From: Octopus vulgaris
Taxonomy: Eukaryota
Direction: 5' to 3'
DNA length: 64,000 bases
Assembly: GCA_951406725.2 (NCBI GenBank)
Contig: OX597816.1
Location: 100,564,001-100,628,000, forward strand
Made by a program: the position numbers and the translations under genes. Every line of letters starts with the position of its first letter. Position 1 is the stretch's first letter. The notes beneath the pieces are model-generated. The model saw nothing but the letters and a program-made list of their open reading frames with translations, had not been told where the DNA came from and searched no databases. Positions 39,330 to 51,652 of the stretch are shown piece after piece.

Positions 39330-39843
39330 TCTCCACTTCAGTCTGTTGTTACCATTCCTCCAGATCATCCCCCTCTCTGAGACGAAGTGCTCCCTCTGCA
39401 GCAGGGGTGTGTGTTTCACCTCCCTCACTCCATCCAGCAACAAATTTTGGGCTCGTGCCGATATCTACAGCTTTGTGCACCACATTAGGTTTAGTGCGCT
39501 TTTCCGTGCCACTCCACCTGCATCTAATGAGAACTGCTTCACTAACCTGGGCTACCGACCATCCCAGTGGATGCAGCTCCTGGCGGTCGATCTTTTTGCA
39601 GGTGCCTGCCGGTTTGACTTTTCCAGGCATCCCCGGCATCTGAACATCTACCCAGTCAAACTCTCAGCTCTTCGATGTCTCCGACACTGCACGGACATCA
39701 TCATAAAACCGGCTGACAAGGGTGGATCCATGGTGGTGCGGCACGCGGTCCTCTACAAGGCGGAAGCTCTTCACTAACTTCAAGACACCTACTTCTACTG
39801 CCCTCCAGCCCCACACCCAGCTACCAACAGACTGTGTCCTCTA

Positions 39844-39845
<2 letters not shown>
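39330..39845 (+). mobile_element. Penelope-like element ORF fragment (region N-terminal to RT)
   Basis: [16 protein letters not shown] (like LS..E..LL.KGL.F) and [24 protein letters not shown], the PLE/TERT-like motif 1. Ends in a stop and (TA)n. Confidence 0.85.
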
Positions 39846-39884
<39 letters not shown>

Positions 39885-39951
39885 TATATTTATATATATA
39901 CATCTATATTTATATTATATGTACGTATGTATGTATATATATATATATATG

Positions 39952-39989
<38 letters not shown>

Positions 39990-40000
<11 letters not shown>

Positions 40001-40205
40001 ATGTGTCTGTGTTTGTACCCCCACCATCACTTGACAACTGATGTTTCTGTGTTTCAGTCCCCGTAACCTAGGCATTTGGCAGAACACAGCGATAGAATAA
40101 GTACTACGCTTACAAAGAATAAATCCTGTGGTCGATATTTTGACTGAAGGTTGTGCTCCAAACATTCACCACAATCACATGACCGAAACAAGTAAAACAA
40201 TAAAA
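39990..40205 (+). mobile_element. Family C SINE, 3' half
   Basis: GTTTGTACCCCCACCATCACTTGACAACTGATG...GACCGAAACAAGTAAAA. Confidence 0.8.
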
Positions 40206-40251
40206 ACACTATGCCATTTTAATCTTCAGCAATGCCGGGTATCTCTGCTTG

Positions 40252-40445
40252 TGTTATAATAAAAACTACAAGTCTTGTTAATTATTGCTGCCCAGGGTTT
40301 TGTGGCCAAAACATATATTTTGACATTTTTCAAGCTGAGAAAAAAACCATCTTGTTTTCAGCTTGTAAAATGATACAGTAAATGCTTCAGCCATGAAATT
40401 TCTGGGTAGCTGTAATTAACAAGACTTGTAGTTTTTATTATAACA
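40252..40445. repeat. 194-bp imperfect palindrome (fold-back MITE-like)
   Basis: Perfect 33-bp terminal IR TGTTATAATAAAAACTACAAGTCTTGTTAATTA, with degenerate pairing continuing to the centre. Confidence 0.9.
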
Positions 40446-42059
40446 TTATCTCATTATCTTTACTCTCTTAGCTGATTGAGAGCTATTCTAATTGTGAAGC
40501 CTTACCATGTTATATATATATATATATGTGTATGTGTGTGTGTGTATTGATGTAGACATAGATATACATAAACACATCAATACAACTATATGCACATTCA
40601 TGTATAAGTATCTATATATTCACACTTATAAGCATATATACCAATGCACACTCACATATATATACATTCACTTAAGTCCACATGCAATCATGCATAGGCT
40701 ATCAAAAACATATTTACTGGCACACACACACACACACTCATACTTAAACATATATAATTATACTCATCTAAATCTATAAATATTTTGATATGTTGTAATT
40801 GCAATAGTTTGTAACTCAACGGCATGAATAAACCATATATCATAGACAATTTGTAAAGCTATAAATGATACAGATATGTGAAAGAAGCATGATAAAATAA
40901 CATAGTATAATATTAGTACTAAACAATACAATATTATACAATGTACCAGAGAATATCAAAGTTTCATTGAATACCTAGAAATGATATAATATTGTTTAGT
41001 AACTGTTGACATAGAATCAGTCAGATAAATTAGAATAATTGATTACTTGAGGTAGAACAAATGATTAAATCATCATTTGTGTAATAGAGTGAGTGAATGT
41101 TGCAATATTAGTTAAAGCAATCAGAAATTATTGGATGTAAATTCTATTTAAAATTATGTCATTTATGGCAATATTATTTGCTAGTAGATTTTTTAGTCAT
41201 CTGCACTTGCATTAATAAATATGTATACATTGGGCCACCATTGTAATGTAACATACTTACAGTATGGATTAGAAGAGTAACCAATTAAATTAGTAATGAA
41301 CAAAAGCTGAAATAGTGTCAATTGGGAGTTACTGCTCGTTAACCTATTTTAATTTTATAATATTATATAAGTTGACTTAATGTCACTTGCCCATGCATAT
41401 GTCTACATTTATATGGCTTCAATTAAATTCATATAATTCATATCAACACCATCTTATACCATTGTGTCATTATTATAAGTTCCTAGTATTGTGTAAGTAA
41501 ATTTATATTTTTATTGAATTACAATTCTGTTTATTTATTTTCATTTAGTAGGTTTTGATCTGCCTTAAAATTTCCAGTTTTTCACATATATATAAGTAAC
41601 AGTCTTTCTTATTAGTTTAAGTATAGTTTGGCATAACTTATAATACCCAATTCCTTCATACAATTTATGCTTTTAGGGTTAGAGTATGAGTAACAGTGCC
41701 TATAAAACAGGTTCTTAACAAAATGTATTTTGTAGACTCTATGTAATATTTGCATGCATTTTGTTTTTGTGGAGGCATTTGTAAACAACAGGTTTATGCA
41801 AACAGCTTCAGTTTAATGAAAAATTATCAATGACCCTACTACTCTGTTCACATTTATCTTTCTCATTGCAATGAATATGATTTACTAGGTTATGTAATTC
41901 CCAGCTCTCTGAATGTTCACATATATAGAACACTTTGTTTTTTTCAGTTTTGCATTTTTCTTTTGTTTATATGATAGTGATGTAGACCACACTGTAAACC
42001 AATACTTAGAATTATTTTATTACATTCTGTTAAATATTTTTGACACTGAATAATAACAT

Positions 42060-43500
42060 TTCACATGTCAAGAAAGTTGATTTCTATGTAAATGAAAAAC
42101 AAATATATTAAATCAACTTCAAAATGGATAGGGTTAAAAAGAAATTGCAGAATAACTTAATATGAATGAAGTAACTGTTGGAAAAATGATAAGAAATGAA
42201 GAAAAATTCAGAGCTAGTATGATTGCTGAATACTGAATAACTTCATACACAGTAACATTATGCAAACAATAGAAAAAGCTAAATTATTTTGGATAGACCA
42301 TAAAATCCAATATAACAGCAATACTCATATATATCTATATATACATATGCATATGTGAAAGCATGAGACCTAATAGCTAAGGTATTAGGTTGATAATCCT
42401 AAGGTCATGGGGTTCATTTCCTGAACCAGTAGACGTGTTGCATCTTTGAATAAGACACATTATTTCATGCTTCACTGAAAGTGGATACTGGTACATCTTG
42501 GTGCATCTTCTTTTCCTTTACCCTTCACATACTCAGTGTTCTGCTGAATTAAGAGTGAGAAGACTGAGCAAGTGTTTATATCTACTCACAAGGAGCAACC
42601 ATATATTTGGTGTGGGAGACTAGTCATTGAATATATAATGAATACCTTCATCATTAATGCTAGAACTGCTAGCCTTATTTAAAACTTGTTATTCTTCTGA
42701 TTATATTCACTGAAGAAAACTTTTGCTCAAAATCATAGTGATATTTGTCTCAAACATAAATTTACTGTGCAAGAATCTACTATAAATTATATAGCTGAAA
42801 ACATTAACACTACTAAAGCAGAATCACAAGAATCTTTTTAGTTCTAGCTGTAAGAGGAATCTTGATTATAGAATCCTCTTTTTTGGTGTTATAAACTGAA
42901 TAAGAACCTACTTAATTCCTTTAAGATAACAAAAGAAAATTTTTTTGTGTTTATTTGAAAGGGATAAAGTCATGCTGGAATAAAATTTATTCCAGGCTAA
43001 AATATTTTATGACAAAACAGTTATACCAACAAACAATATTTGTTTAACTCAAATGAATAGTTGATTATGATAATTATTTATTTTTAAAACCTGATGTGTT
43101 TACACTTCTGTGAAAACGTACATACTGTATAAATAACATCAAGTGGACATTGTCCTAAATCATGCAAACCTTCAATAAATGAAAACCCTCCTACTATTAT
43201 GATACCTAACAATCAGGCTCACTGCTCTACTACTACTATACCATCATGTATCCAAGTTGATTAAAATGTTTTAAGGTAACCTAACAACAACTACAACATT
43301 AAAAATATTCTACGAGCTGGCATACTGAAAAGTATAAACACTAGAAGTGTATTTGTAATGAAATTTATCAAGCATAAACTATCAGTTATAATGATCTGTG
43401 ATTGAGAAAAATTATGCACACTAGTGGAAGTCAGTTACCCAGTATGTCAACATAATGTTAAAGATTAGTGAAAAAGCAGCATCTACACTAAATTGATGAG
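42060..43500 (+). mobile_element. Highly decayed Tigger/pogo transposase remnant, interrupted by a SINE near 42355-42500
   Basis: RKLISM..ILNQLQNG..KEIAE.LNMNEVTVGKMIRNEEKFRAS resembles the CENP-B-type HTH. Weak DDE-region traces near 43140-43280. Boundaries approximate. Confidence 0.45.
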
Positions 43501-45039
43501 AAAGTCTTCAGGTACACAATCTGGACTTTAGATTTCAACCAATAATTATTTGCTACTTGGCTAACTGTGAATTTGGGCTTCATAAAACCACAAAAACATG
43601 CTTAATCAAAAAATTACAGCTAAAGGTTATTAAAGGTATTATCAAGATATGTAAAACTTTTGAGAAATTTAGCATGTAATAAGACTGACATGTGCAATGA
43701 CATCTATGCCAGAGGATATGTCCACTTTTAAAAAATGAAGAATACTGGCTGAACATTTTGATAAAAACAGCAACCAAGTGTAAGCACAATAGTCTGGATA
43801 TTGCAATATGGGACAGAGGGCAAACTGATTTACATTCTCCGCTCTGAAGACAGAGGCCAGATTTACAGTAATGTTTATATGCATCCATTACAAGATGAAT
43901 ATTCTATCTGCCAACGTTACAACTATTATTTAGTTCTGAGCTCCCAGAAAGAGCCATTAGACCTGAAACACTATGTCTTCTCCCTTTAGTTTTTCATCTC
44001 TTTTGTACTCTATGTAAATCTGTTCTGTAAATATATAAATATCTGTATGTTTATATAGGAACATTCATCTTCTGAATATTTTCAGTTTTTGTTACTCTCA
44101 CAATATATATATATATCCCTATATAATGTGTATGTGTGTTGTATATCAAGCCCAAGCGTGTTTATTTGCATCTTTCTCTCCCTGTGTATACACACACACA
44201 TGCACCCATTTGTGTGCACATGCATATGTGTACATATTCAGTATAATTTAGGGTAAGTTTTCTAAGACATTTGAAAACATTCACCAAACAAATGTGCTGA
44301 ATATATCTAATTATCAATACAATACTTCAGCTGTGTAAGAACAAATCAAACTTAAAAATATGAAGCAAAAGGAAAAAAAAAATTAAACAAAAGTTTCAAC
44401 TGATGGAACACCGAGAAAAAGAAAATAAATCAACTTTAAATTCTTTACAAAAGCACTACAAGAATTTGTGCTTATTGATTGACTTCATTAATTTGCTTCA
44501 CTTTGTTCTGTTGTTTTCTGTTAAATCTGTTTTGTTATTCCAACAACAAATTGCCCATCCTCATCCACAGCTCCTTTGCTTTCTTGGTAATAGCATTTTC
44601 AATAATTAAAAATAACTGTTACCTGTATTTTTAGTAATGGATGAAAATATTAGTTATAGTGTAATGCTTTCATAATTTGGTGGTCTTGAGCTTTTGCAGA
44701 AATAATTAATTTTCTGACTCAACATGGACATGCTTAATTAGTTGAATTTGGCATCTGACATTTGTAACCCTCTTTTCTTATTTTCTTCTCATTCTGTAAA
44801 TCAGTTTATGTATGGTAAGTATTATGTAAAATCTTACACACCCTAATATAAAGATAATGTACTATATATGTAAAGATTATCTATCTATCTATTTATCTAT
44901 ATATATATATGTATATATATATGGGTGTGTGTAAAGGTGAGATCAAAGGATCAAGGTGTAGGAAGTTAGTAAGCTTTGAACAGTTCGTAGAAGGTAAAAA
45001 AAATAACTTTCAGAAACAATAGTGGTTTGTGCCTATAAA

Positions 45040-45160
45040 TAATTAATATCAACTTCCTAGATGTTACCCTCCACCTGGAATCAAGTATCTATAAGCCATA
45101 CAAATAAAATTCAGTGTATACATAAACAATCCAACCATCCCTAAAGCATTATCTAAAAAT
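45040..45160 (+). mobile_element. Penelope-like RT fragment
   Basis: INFLDVTLHLESSIYKPYK..HKQSNHP, the same motif as in the ORF at 62030-62140. Confidence 0.7.
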
Positions 45161-45778
45161 ACACACACCTGCATTAATATGCACTTATATAGTTTTAAAT
45201 TTAAGCAATAAATTACTAATCTACCTAGAACTACTATGTTCCTCTACTAACCAAAAACATTACCTTCCACCTACCTCTCCTCTCCCCACTTCTAACAAGT
45301 GCTAACTTAGTACCACTCCTTTTCTTTTACTCTGTTTGAATGTATTTATAGGGTGCCATAACTTATTTACTTATTCATTCTACAGTAGACCTAGTAAATG
45401 ACCTCAGCCTTAATTCACAAAAACATTCCCCTAGCCAGCTTCAATAATACCAATTTTTTTCCCCCTGCTCTTCTCCTTTTTCTCTTTTTCTTTATTCATA
45501 TTCTTATTCTTTTCCTTAACAGTTTTTGACTTTCACCCACTCCCATTTCTTCACAAATAGGCTTCCCTTTTGTTCACTCACTCTATGCTTTCCATGCATT
45601 TCTGATCAAATCTCCTGAGTTAACATGGAATCCCTTGACAATGTAACCTTCATTTGACAAAGATATATTTCTATAGAAATCATAGCCAGCACTGGTTTGT
45701 GATGATGTTTTGTATCTGAATGCATTTAATGTAAATAATGTGATAGAAGATGGAAAAATAGGTAATGGGTGTATATGC

Positions 45779-46092
45779 ATGTAAAAAGCACCATTTGAAC
45801 ATGGTTGTTGCCAGTGCTACCTGACTGGCTCCTGAGCCAGGGGCATGTAAAAAGCAGCATTCAAGCTTGGTCGTTGCCAGTACCACCTGACTGGCCCTTG
45901 TGCCAGTAGCATGTAAAAAGCACCCACTATACTCTCGGAGTGGTTGGTGTTAAGAAGGGCATCCAACTGTAGAAACTTTGCCAGATCAGATTGGAGCCTG
46001 GTGCAGCCTTCTGGCTTGCCAGCCCTCAGTCAAACCATCCAACCCATGCCAGCTTGGAAAATAGATGTTAAACGATGATGATGATCATCATC
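45779..46092 (+). mobile_element. RTE-type 3' end with 3 internal repeats
   Basis: ATGTAAAA(A)GCA(C/G)C three times, followed by the conserved tail and (GAT)n. Confidence 0.85.
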
Positions 46093-46233
46093 ATTGGTTT
46101 GATGAGTAGCTAGCAGATTACCCCATGTTTGGGTAATTACTACTTCTGAGGGTCTGATTGCTATGAAACATATGTAGCCTGGATTTTATCTACTCCATTC
46201 CATAAATTTGGATGGATAGATACGTACATACAT

Positions 46234-46288
<55 letters not shown>

Positions 46289-46334
46289 AACACACACACA
46301 CATATATATGTATGTATGTATGTATGTAGTTCAA

Positions 46335-46458
46335 ATTTATAGAAAAACAAAAGACGAAAACAGGTGTAAGAACAGCAAGCATGTGTTTTAGTTTGACACT
46401 CAGGAAAACGGAAAATCCTTTTACATTTCAAGCTTACACTCTTTGACAGAAAGGATTA
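46335..46458 (-). mobile_element. PLE terminal-repeat fragment with decayed minimal hammerhead variant (46414-46457)
   Basis: Minus strand reads AAUCCUUU CUGUCAA A GAGU-GUAA-GCUU GAAA UG UA AAAGGAUU with an 8-bp stem I. Flanked by (TA)/(TATG) repeats. Confidence 0.55.
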
Positions 46459-46516
46459 ATATATATATACATGAATGCATGTGTGTATTTATCAGTTTGC
46501 ATATATGTATATATAT

Positions 46517-46577
<61 letters not shown>

Positions 46578-46757
46578 TTTATAATTAGGGTTCACCAAAG
46601 ATTTGCTTTACCACATACCAAAGTTTAGAAATAGCAGTCAAAAAACTTTAGCTATTTCTTCTACTTTAAAAAGGGACTCCCAGAAAAACCAAAATATTTG
46701 AAAACAATCTATGCAGGCAGAGATGAAAAATAACAAAAATCAATCCATATCTGGTCA

Positions 46758-46842
46758 CCCATGTACACGCGTTTCGGAATTAGATTGGTATAAAGAATAT
46801 AGAATTATACTTTACCCAACCATTTTCGTTCATCAGCATGGG
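46758..46842 (-). ncRNA. Type I hammerhead ribozyme motif with long stem II, in a ~500-bp element abutting (TA)n (~46580-47090)
   Basis: Minus strand reads CCCAUG CUGAUGA [long stem II with GGUUGG/CCAAUC and UAAAG/CUUUA] GAAA CGCGUG UA CAUGGG. Palindromic ACGCGU in stem III, GUA site. Confidence 0.8.
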
Positions 46843-47104
46843 ACTCCAACAATATTAAATATTAAATTCAAAGGCATTGGAAGAATTGAATATATCTCTC
46901 CACCTAACGGTATCAGACAGATTATATTCAGTGCTAGTGCCGCCAAATTCAAAATATGAATGAGGTTCATCACCTTCCCCTGCCTATCAGCACGTGTCGT
47001 CAAGTAAGATACTACAGAAAAAAACTGTAGTTTGTTATCAGGGAGAAAAATTCTATTATCAATAATAACAAAGGGTAAAATTAATTAATTAAGAAGTAGT
47101 CAAT

Positions 47105-47545
47105 AATTTCATCAAAATCAAATGGAAATTGTAGTTCTGATCCCTGTGCCAATGGCACATAAAAAGCACCACCTGAACATGGCTGATGCCAGCGCTGCCT
47201 TGACTGGTTTCCATGCCATAAGCACGTAAAAGGCACCATCCTATCATGGTCTTACCAGCTTCCTCTGTCCCCTGTGTCAGTGGCACATAAAAAGCATCCA
47301 CTACACTCTCAAAGTAATTGGCATTAGGAAGAGCATCCAGCAGTAGAAATACTGCCAGCTCAGACTCGAGCCTGGTGGCGCCTCCTGGTTTCCCAGACCC
47401 CAGTCGAATCGTCTAACCCATGCCAGCATGGAAAACAGACATTAAACGATGATGATTTTTTAAGTTGGATCCTTGTACAACTCTCCGGCTTACTAGTTCT
47501 AGTTAAACTGTCTAACCCATGCCAGCATGGAAAATGGACCCTAAA
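47105..47545 (+). mobile_element. RTE-type 3' end plus a second tail fragment
   Basis: GCACATAAAAAGCACC repeats and conserved tail. AACCCATGCCAGCATGGAAAA occurs twice. Confidence 0.8.
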
Positions 47546-47571
47546 TTATATATCATCATGTATGTGCGTGT

Positions 47572-47739
47572 ACACACACATTTCAGAGATGTACTTACCT
47601 GGAAAATGATACAACACACAAACTCACACACATTTCAGAGATGTACTTACCTGGAAAGTGATATAACACACACATACACACACACATACACATTTCAGAG
47701 ATGTACTTGCCTGGAAAGTGATATAACACACACACACAT
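47572..47739. repeat. 3-copy minisatellite (~36-bp core plus variable CA spacer)
   Basis: CATTTCAGAGATGTACTT(A/G)CCTGGAAA(A/G)TGATA three times, periods 52 and 60. Confidence 0.9.
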
Positions 47740-48602
47740 TTAACAATCATCTCATTCACACCAGCTCTTCTTTGATACCACTTATTTTCCTTAACACCTG
47801 GAACCATTTCACTCATTATTCATCCTTCATTTATTAATACTGTTCTCTCCTCCCACACTTATAATTGATCACGCACTCCCAGCTGAGCCATCAAATTATC
47901 TCTACTCCTCCACTACCATGCAATTCTCATTCTCTTCATGCACTATGTTTTCTTTCCTTCCCTATGCTCCCGTAGCCTTCTCAATCATGTTACTTTACTC
48001 TAATCATTCTCCTGTTTACTGTATCATCATTTCTGTTCTGTTTCTCTACTTCACTCTTTTTTCTGCACTGTCAGTCATCTCCTATTTCTCCAACCCCCTC
48101 TTCTAACCCATTTCTTATCTCCCACTATCATAGACTCTTGCAACTTCCAGGCATCCACATACCTGGTTCCTCTGTTTCCACTTACCTTGTGCCATTAGGG
48201 TCTACCCAGACACTTCATTACTATTTTTATCTCTTTCCAGCCCAACCTAATCTTTCCTACTTTATTTTCTAAAATATGAGTAGCCTTGTAGCTCTTTCAC
48301 AGCAGGAAATCTGTTCTACCCAGGGCCCTTCTTTCATACTTTAACTCCTCCTCTTCTAGCATAAAGACACCCACTCTGAGTCTAATAGTCTTGGAAGCTG
48401 TATAGTAACCTCACTAGTACTGCTGGAATGACTAAAATACCTAGTCCACACTGTAAAGTTGTTGACATTAAGAGGGGAATCCAGCTGCAAAAACTGTGCC
48501 AAATCAGATGCTGGAACACAATGCAGTCCTTGAACCCATTAGATCCTGTCAAACCACCCTGCCACCTGCTAACATGAAACACAGATGTTAAATGATGATG
48601 AT
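47740..48602 (+). mobile_element. RTE-type LINE 3' UTR remnant
   Basis: Pyrimidine-rich tract, then decayed tail AAGAGGGGAATCCAGCTG...CAGATGTTAAATGATGATG. Confidence 0.55.
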
Positions 48603-48768
48603 ATACATGTGTGTTTGTGTGAGTGAGTGTGAACTTATGTACATATATATATACTAGAGTACCCAAGCCATCAATGAATTATGATGGATGTTCTACTAAA
48701 TTTGTGATAATTAAATTTTGGTTTGTACATATAAATATTTGATTTTTACTAGTTGGTGGTCTTGATGA

Positions 48769-49275
48769 AAATTGCTAATGAGAGTATGAGGATGTTAATA
48801 AAAATGCTAAAATAACAGGAAAATATGAAAATTATATTCATCACACTCTAAATATTCTGCAGGTTTTATTACTTTAAATATGTACAATATGTTATGTTCA
48901 ACGATTCACTTGTTATTCTACAATAAATGCTCTACCTAATTTTGCAAATGTTGTATGTATATATATATATATTCAAAATATATTTGTTTACATACAAGCA
49001 TAGGATCTTACATACAAGTTAGATACTTTTTCTAAAGGTTTTCAAGGCTCACCAGTTTTAGTTTCTGCAAAAGCTGCACATATACAAAATATTTGACATA
49101 TTCTTCTGAATGTGATACCATTCAGTAAGTTGAATATAAATGGGAATAGTGAAAAAAAGTGGAATATAAATGGGAATAGTGAAAAAAAGCTATTGCAGAA
49201 ACTAAAACTGCTGAGCCTTGAAAACCTTTAAAAAAAGTATCTAACTTGTATGTAAGATCCAATGCTTGTGTGTAA

Positions 49276-49342
<67 letters not shown>

Positions 49343-49426
49343 ACATTTGTGAAATTAGGTAGAGCATTTATTGTAGAATAACAAGTGAATCATTGAATAA
49401 TTGATAGTCGAATAAGTGTACATACA

Positions 49427-49468
<42 letters not shown>

Positions 49469-49530
49469 TAAATTGCTAATGAGAGTATGAGGATGTTAAT
49501 AAAAATGCTAAAATAACAGGAAAATATGAA
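48769..49530. repeat. Local duplication: inverted 48897-49075 / 49188-49397 and direct 48769-48829 / 49470-49530
   Basis: Arms matched by eye. The 61-bp direct copy is identical. A 30-bp tandem duplication lies at 49132-49189 in the spacer. Confidence 0.9.
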
Positions 49531-49671
49531 TATATATATATAAATATGAATATATATATAGAAAAAGGGTAATAAAATAAATTATTACCAGTGATCTAGC
49601 ACAAAAGACAAATTAGTCATTAGACTATATGTTATTCATATATAAGTACATTAAAAGGCACATATATATAT

Positions 49672-49829
49672 ATATGCTAGGCCACTAGTTTAAATTGATA
49701 TCAATCAAATTAATATCAATTTTTTACTCTTATTATTTAAATTTATATATATGTATAAATTTAAATAATAAGGGTAAAAAATTGATATTAATTTGATTAA
49801 TATCAATTTAAATCAGTGGCCTAGCATAT
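49672..49829. repeat. 158-bp palindrome centred on a TA run (probable inverted PLE-type terminus)
   Basis: ATATGCTAGGCCACT...TTATTTAAATTTATA / TATAAATTTAAATAA...AGTGGCCTAGCATAT. Confidence 0.85.
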
Positions 49830-51384
49830 TGAAAATATCTGGAGATTCAGAAAATTATATTGCATACATATAAGAGAGATGACCACTAGGTGTACACCCA
49901 ATATGATAAATGTAGACCCCATATGGTCTGACCACTAAGAAAAATTTGTTCTCAAGAAAATTCAGCAATAAAAATTCCTACTGACACATGACTGGCAGAC
50001 TGACAAGTAGTAAAATCAAGTATTTAAGTTTTCATGCTATGCTATGTCTCAGCATTTATATGTATGGGAATAGTTGCATGAATTTGTATGTTATTAGATT
50101 TATTTGTATATGTTATATGTGAATAAATTCACCACATACATGTGGTGTTATTATCATAATTGATATGTATTTGTATTTTTAGTCAGATAAACTCACTATT
50201 TTAAAAGGAGACATAAACGAGTTTCAGTGCATGTACATGCATGGTACTTGATTTATTGCCTTGACTCTGCTTAGATTTATGCTTTGGTAATTCATTGGTT
50301 GTCTATCGGTTGTTGAGAGTTTCCAAATAAAGCAGACCAAGCTGAAAGGTTGTTGGTTTCAGAAAACAAGAGATTTTCAAAAATGCACCATAAAAACTAT
50401 GCACAACACCTGAAGGTGTACAAATAGAAAACTGGAAACAGTGTATCAAAAGAAAAGGGAACTACCTTAAAGGAGACAAGTGTAATTAAATTATAAGTAA
50501 AGCAATAACTTGGTATTTTTAAAAAAGTCCTGTAACTTTTTGGACAGAACTTATAATCTTGTCTATGGTAAAAAGAAAATAATTTTCAACATATGGTCTT
50601 CACAGTGAAAAGGTATTGCTTGTTCAGTATTTCTATGTTGGTAGTACAGGAAAACTGCTATAATTCAAATATATGCACGCATATGCATGAGTATATGCAT
50701 GCATGTGTGCAACTACTCACAGAGGCATATCTATAAATGCTTAAAAACACATGCATTTAAGTATACCAGTTATCGTATTTACATATACTCACATATATGC
50801 TTAAATGCATGTGTGTGTATGTGTATATATTAGCATGCACACATCATAAACATTCATTCACATGCACACTCAATAATTCCTGCATCTACTCAAACATATA
50901 TATAGAAACAGGTGGAATGTTTTTTTCATTATTGACAGAACAGAATCAATAGAATGTGTCAAATTCTTCATCTTCTGAAGAGTGCGAACTAGATCGTAGC
51001 CACTATTTTCTGTAGATTAGTGTTTCATTGGCATCTATAGTCTTCCATTGGTTAGGAAAAGCTCTAGTAATATGAATAGAGTAGTAGAGTAACATATCTT
51101 TAAATTCACACACACACATGTAAATTATCAACATGCATGTGACAGCTTTAAGTTAATAATGAAAATTCATTTACTATTAATTTCTGAAGATGGATGCTTA
51201 TTTGATATCAAATTTGGTTATCAAAAGTCTAATCATTGGTTCATTGCATCTCTGATGATGAGAGTGACAAACAATTACCAGTGCAACTAGAGTATAACAA
51301 ATGTCACACAGGGTATATTTATCTGAAAGCACCAAAGTCTTGGTTCTTCAAGATGTCTACATCTGTTACTAATTTTGCATGAGC

Positions 51385-51540
51385 AACACACACATACACA
51401 CATCATGGGCTTCTTCAGATTCCTTCAATCAATTTCACTCCAAGGTGATGATCAAGAACACTAGCTAATAGCATACATACTGTGGGACCCAATCTTGTGG
51501 TTCCAAAGTGAACTCTTTACCCACACAGTCATCCCTGTAC
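51385..51540 (-). mobile_element. Family C-like SINE 5' fragment, degenerate
   Basis: GGGCTTCTTCAG...TACCCACACAGTCATCCCTG resembles the minus-strand head at 15140-15301. Confidence 0.55.
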
Positions 51541-51652
51541 ATACACGTGTGCATATGTGAGCATACATGCATGCAAGTGTGAGTATGCATTGGATCTCTA
51601 TCAGTTTTATCGGTGGCTGAACCAGTAAGAAGTATTGCAAGTTAGTTTTATA

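Noticed and set aside
43580-43989. Cys-rich 102-aa minus ORF and overlapping plus ORF
   Set aside because: No domain pattern or splice sites. They lie beside decayed transposon sequence.
47572-47739. CRISPR-like repeat/spacer look, and U1 snRNA gene
   Set aside because: Spacers are simple CA runs in a eukaryotic context with no cas genes. The U1 match is only 11 nt.
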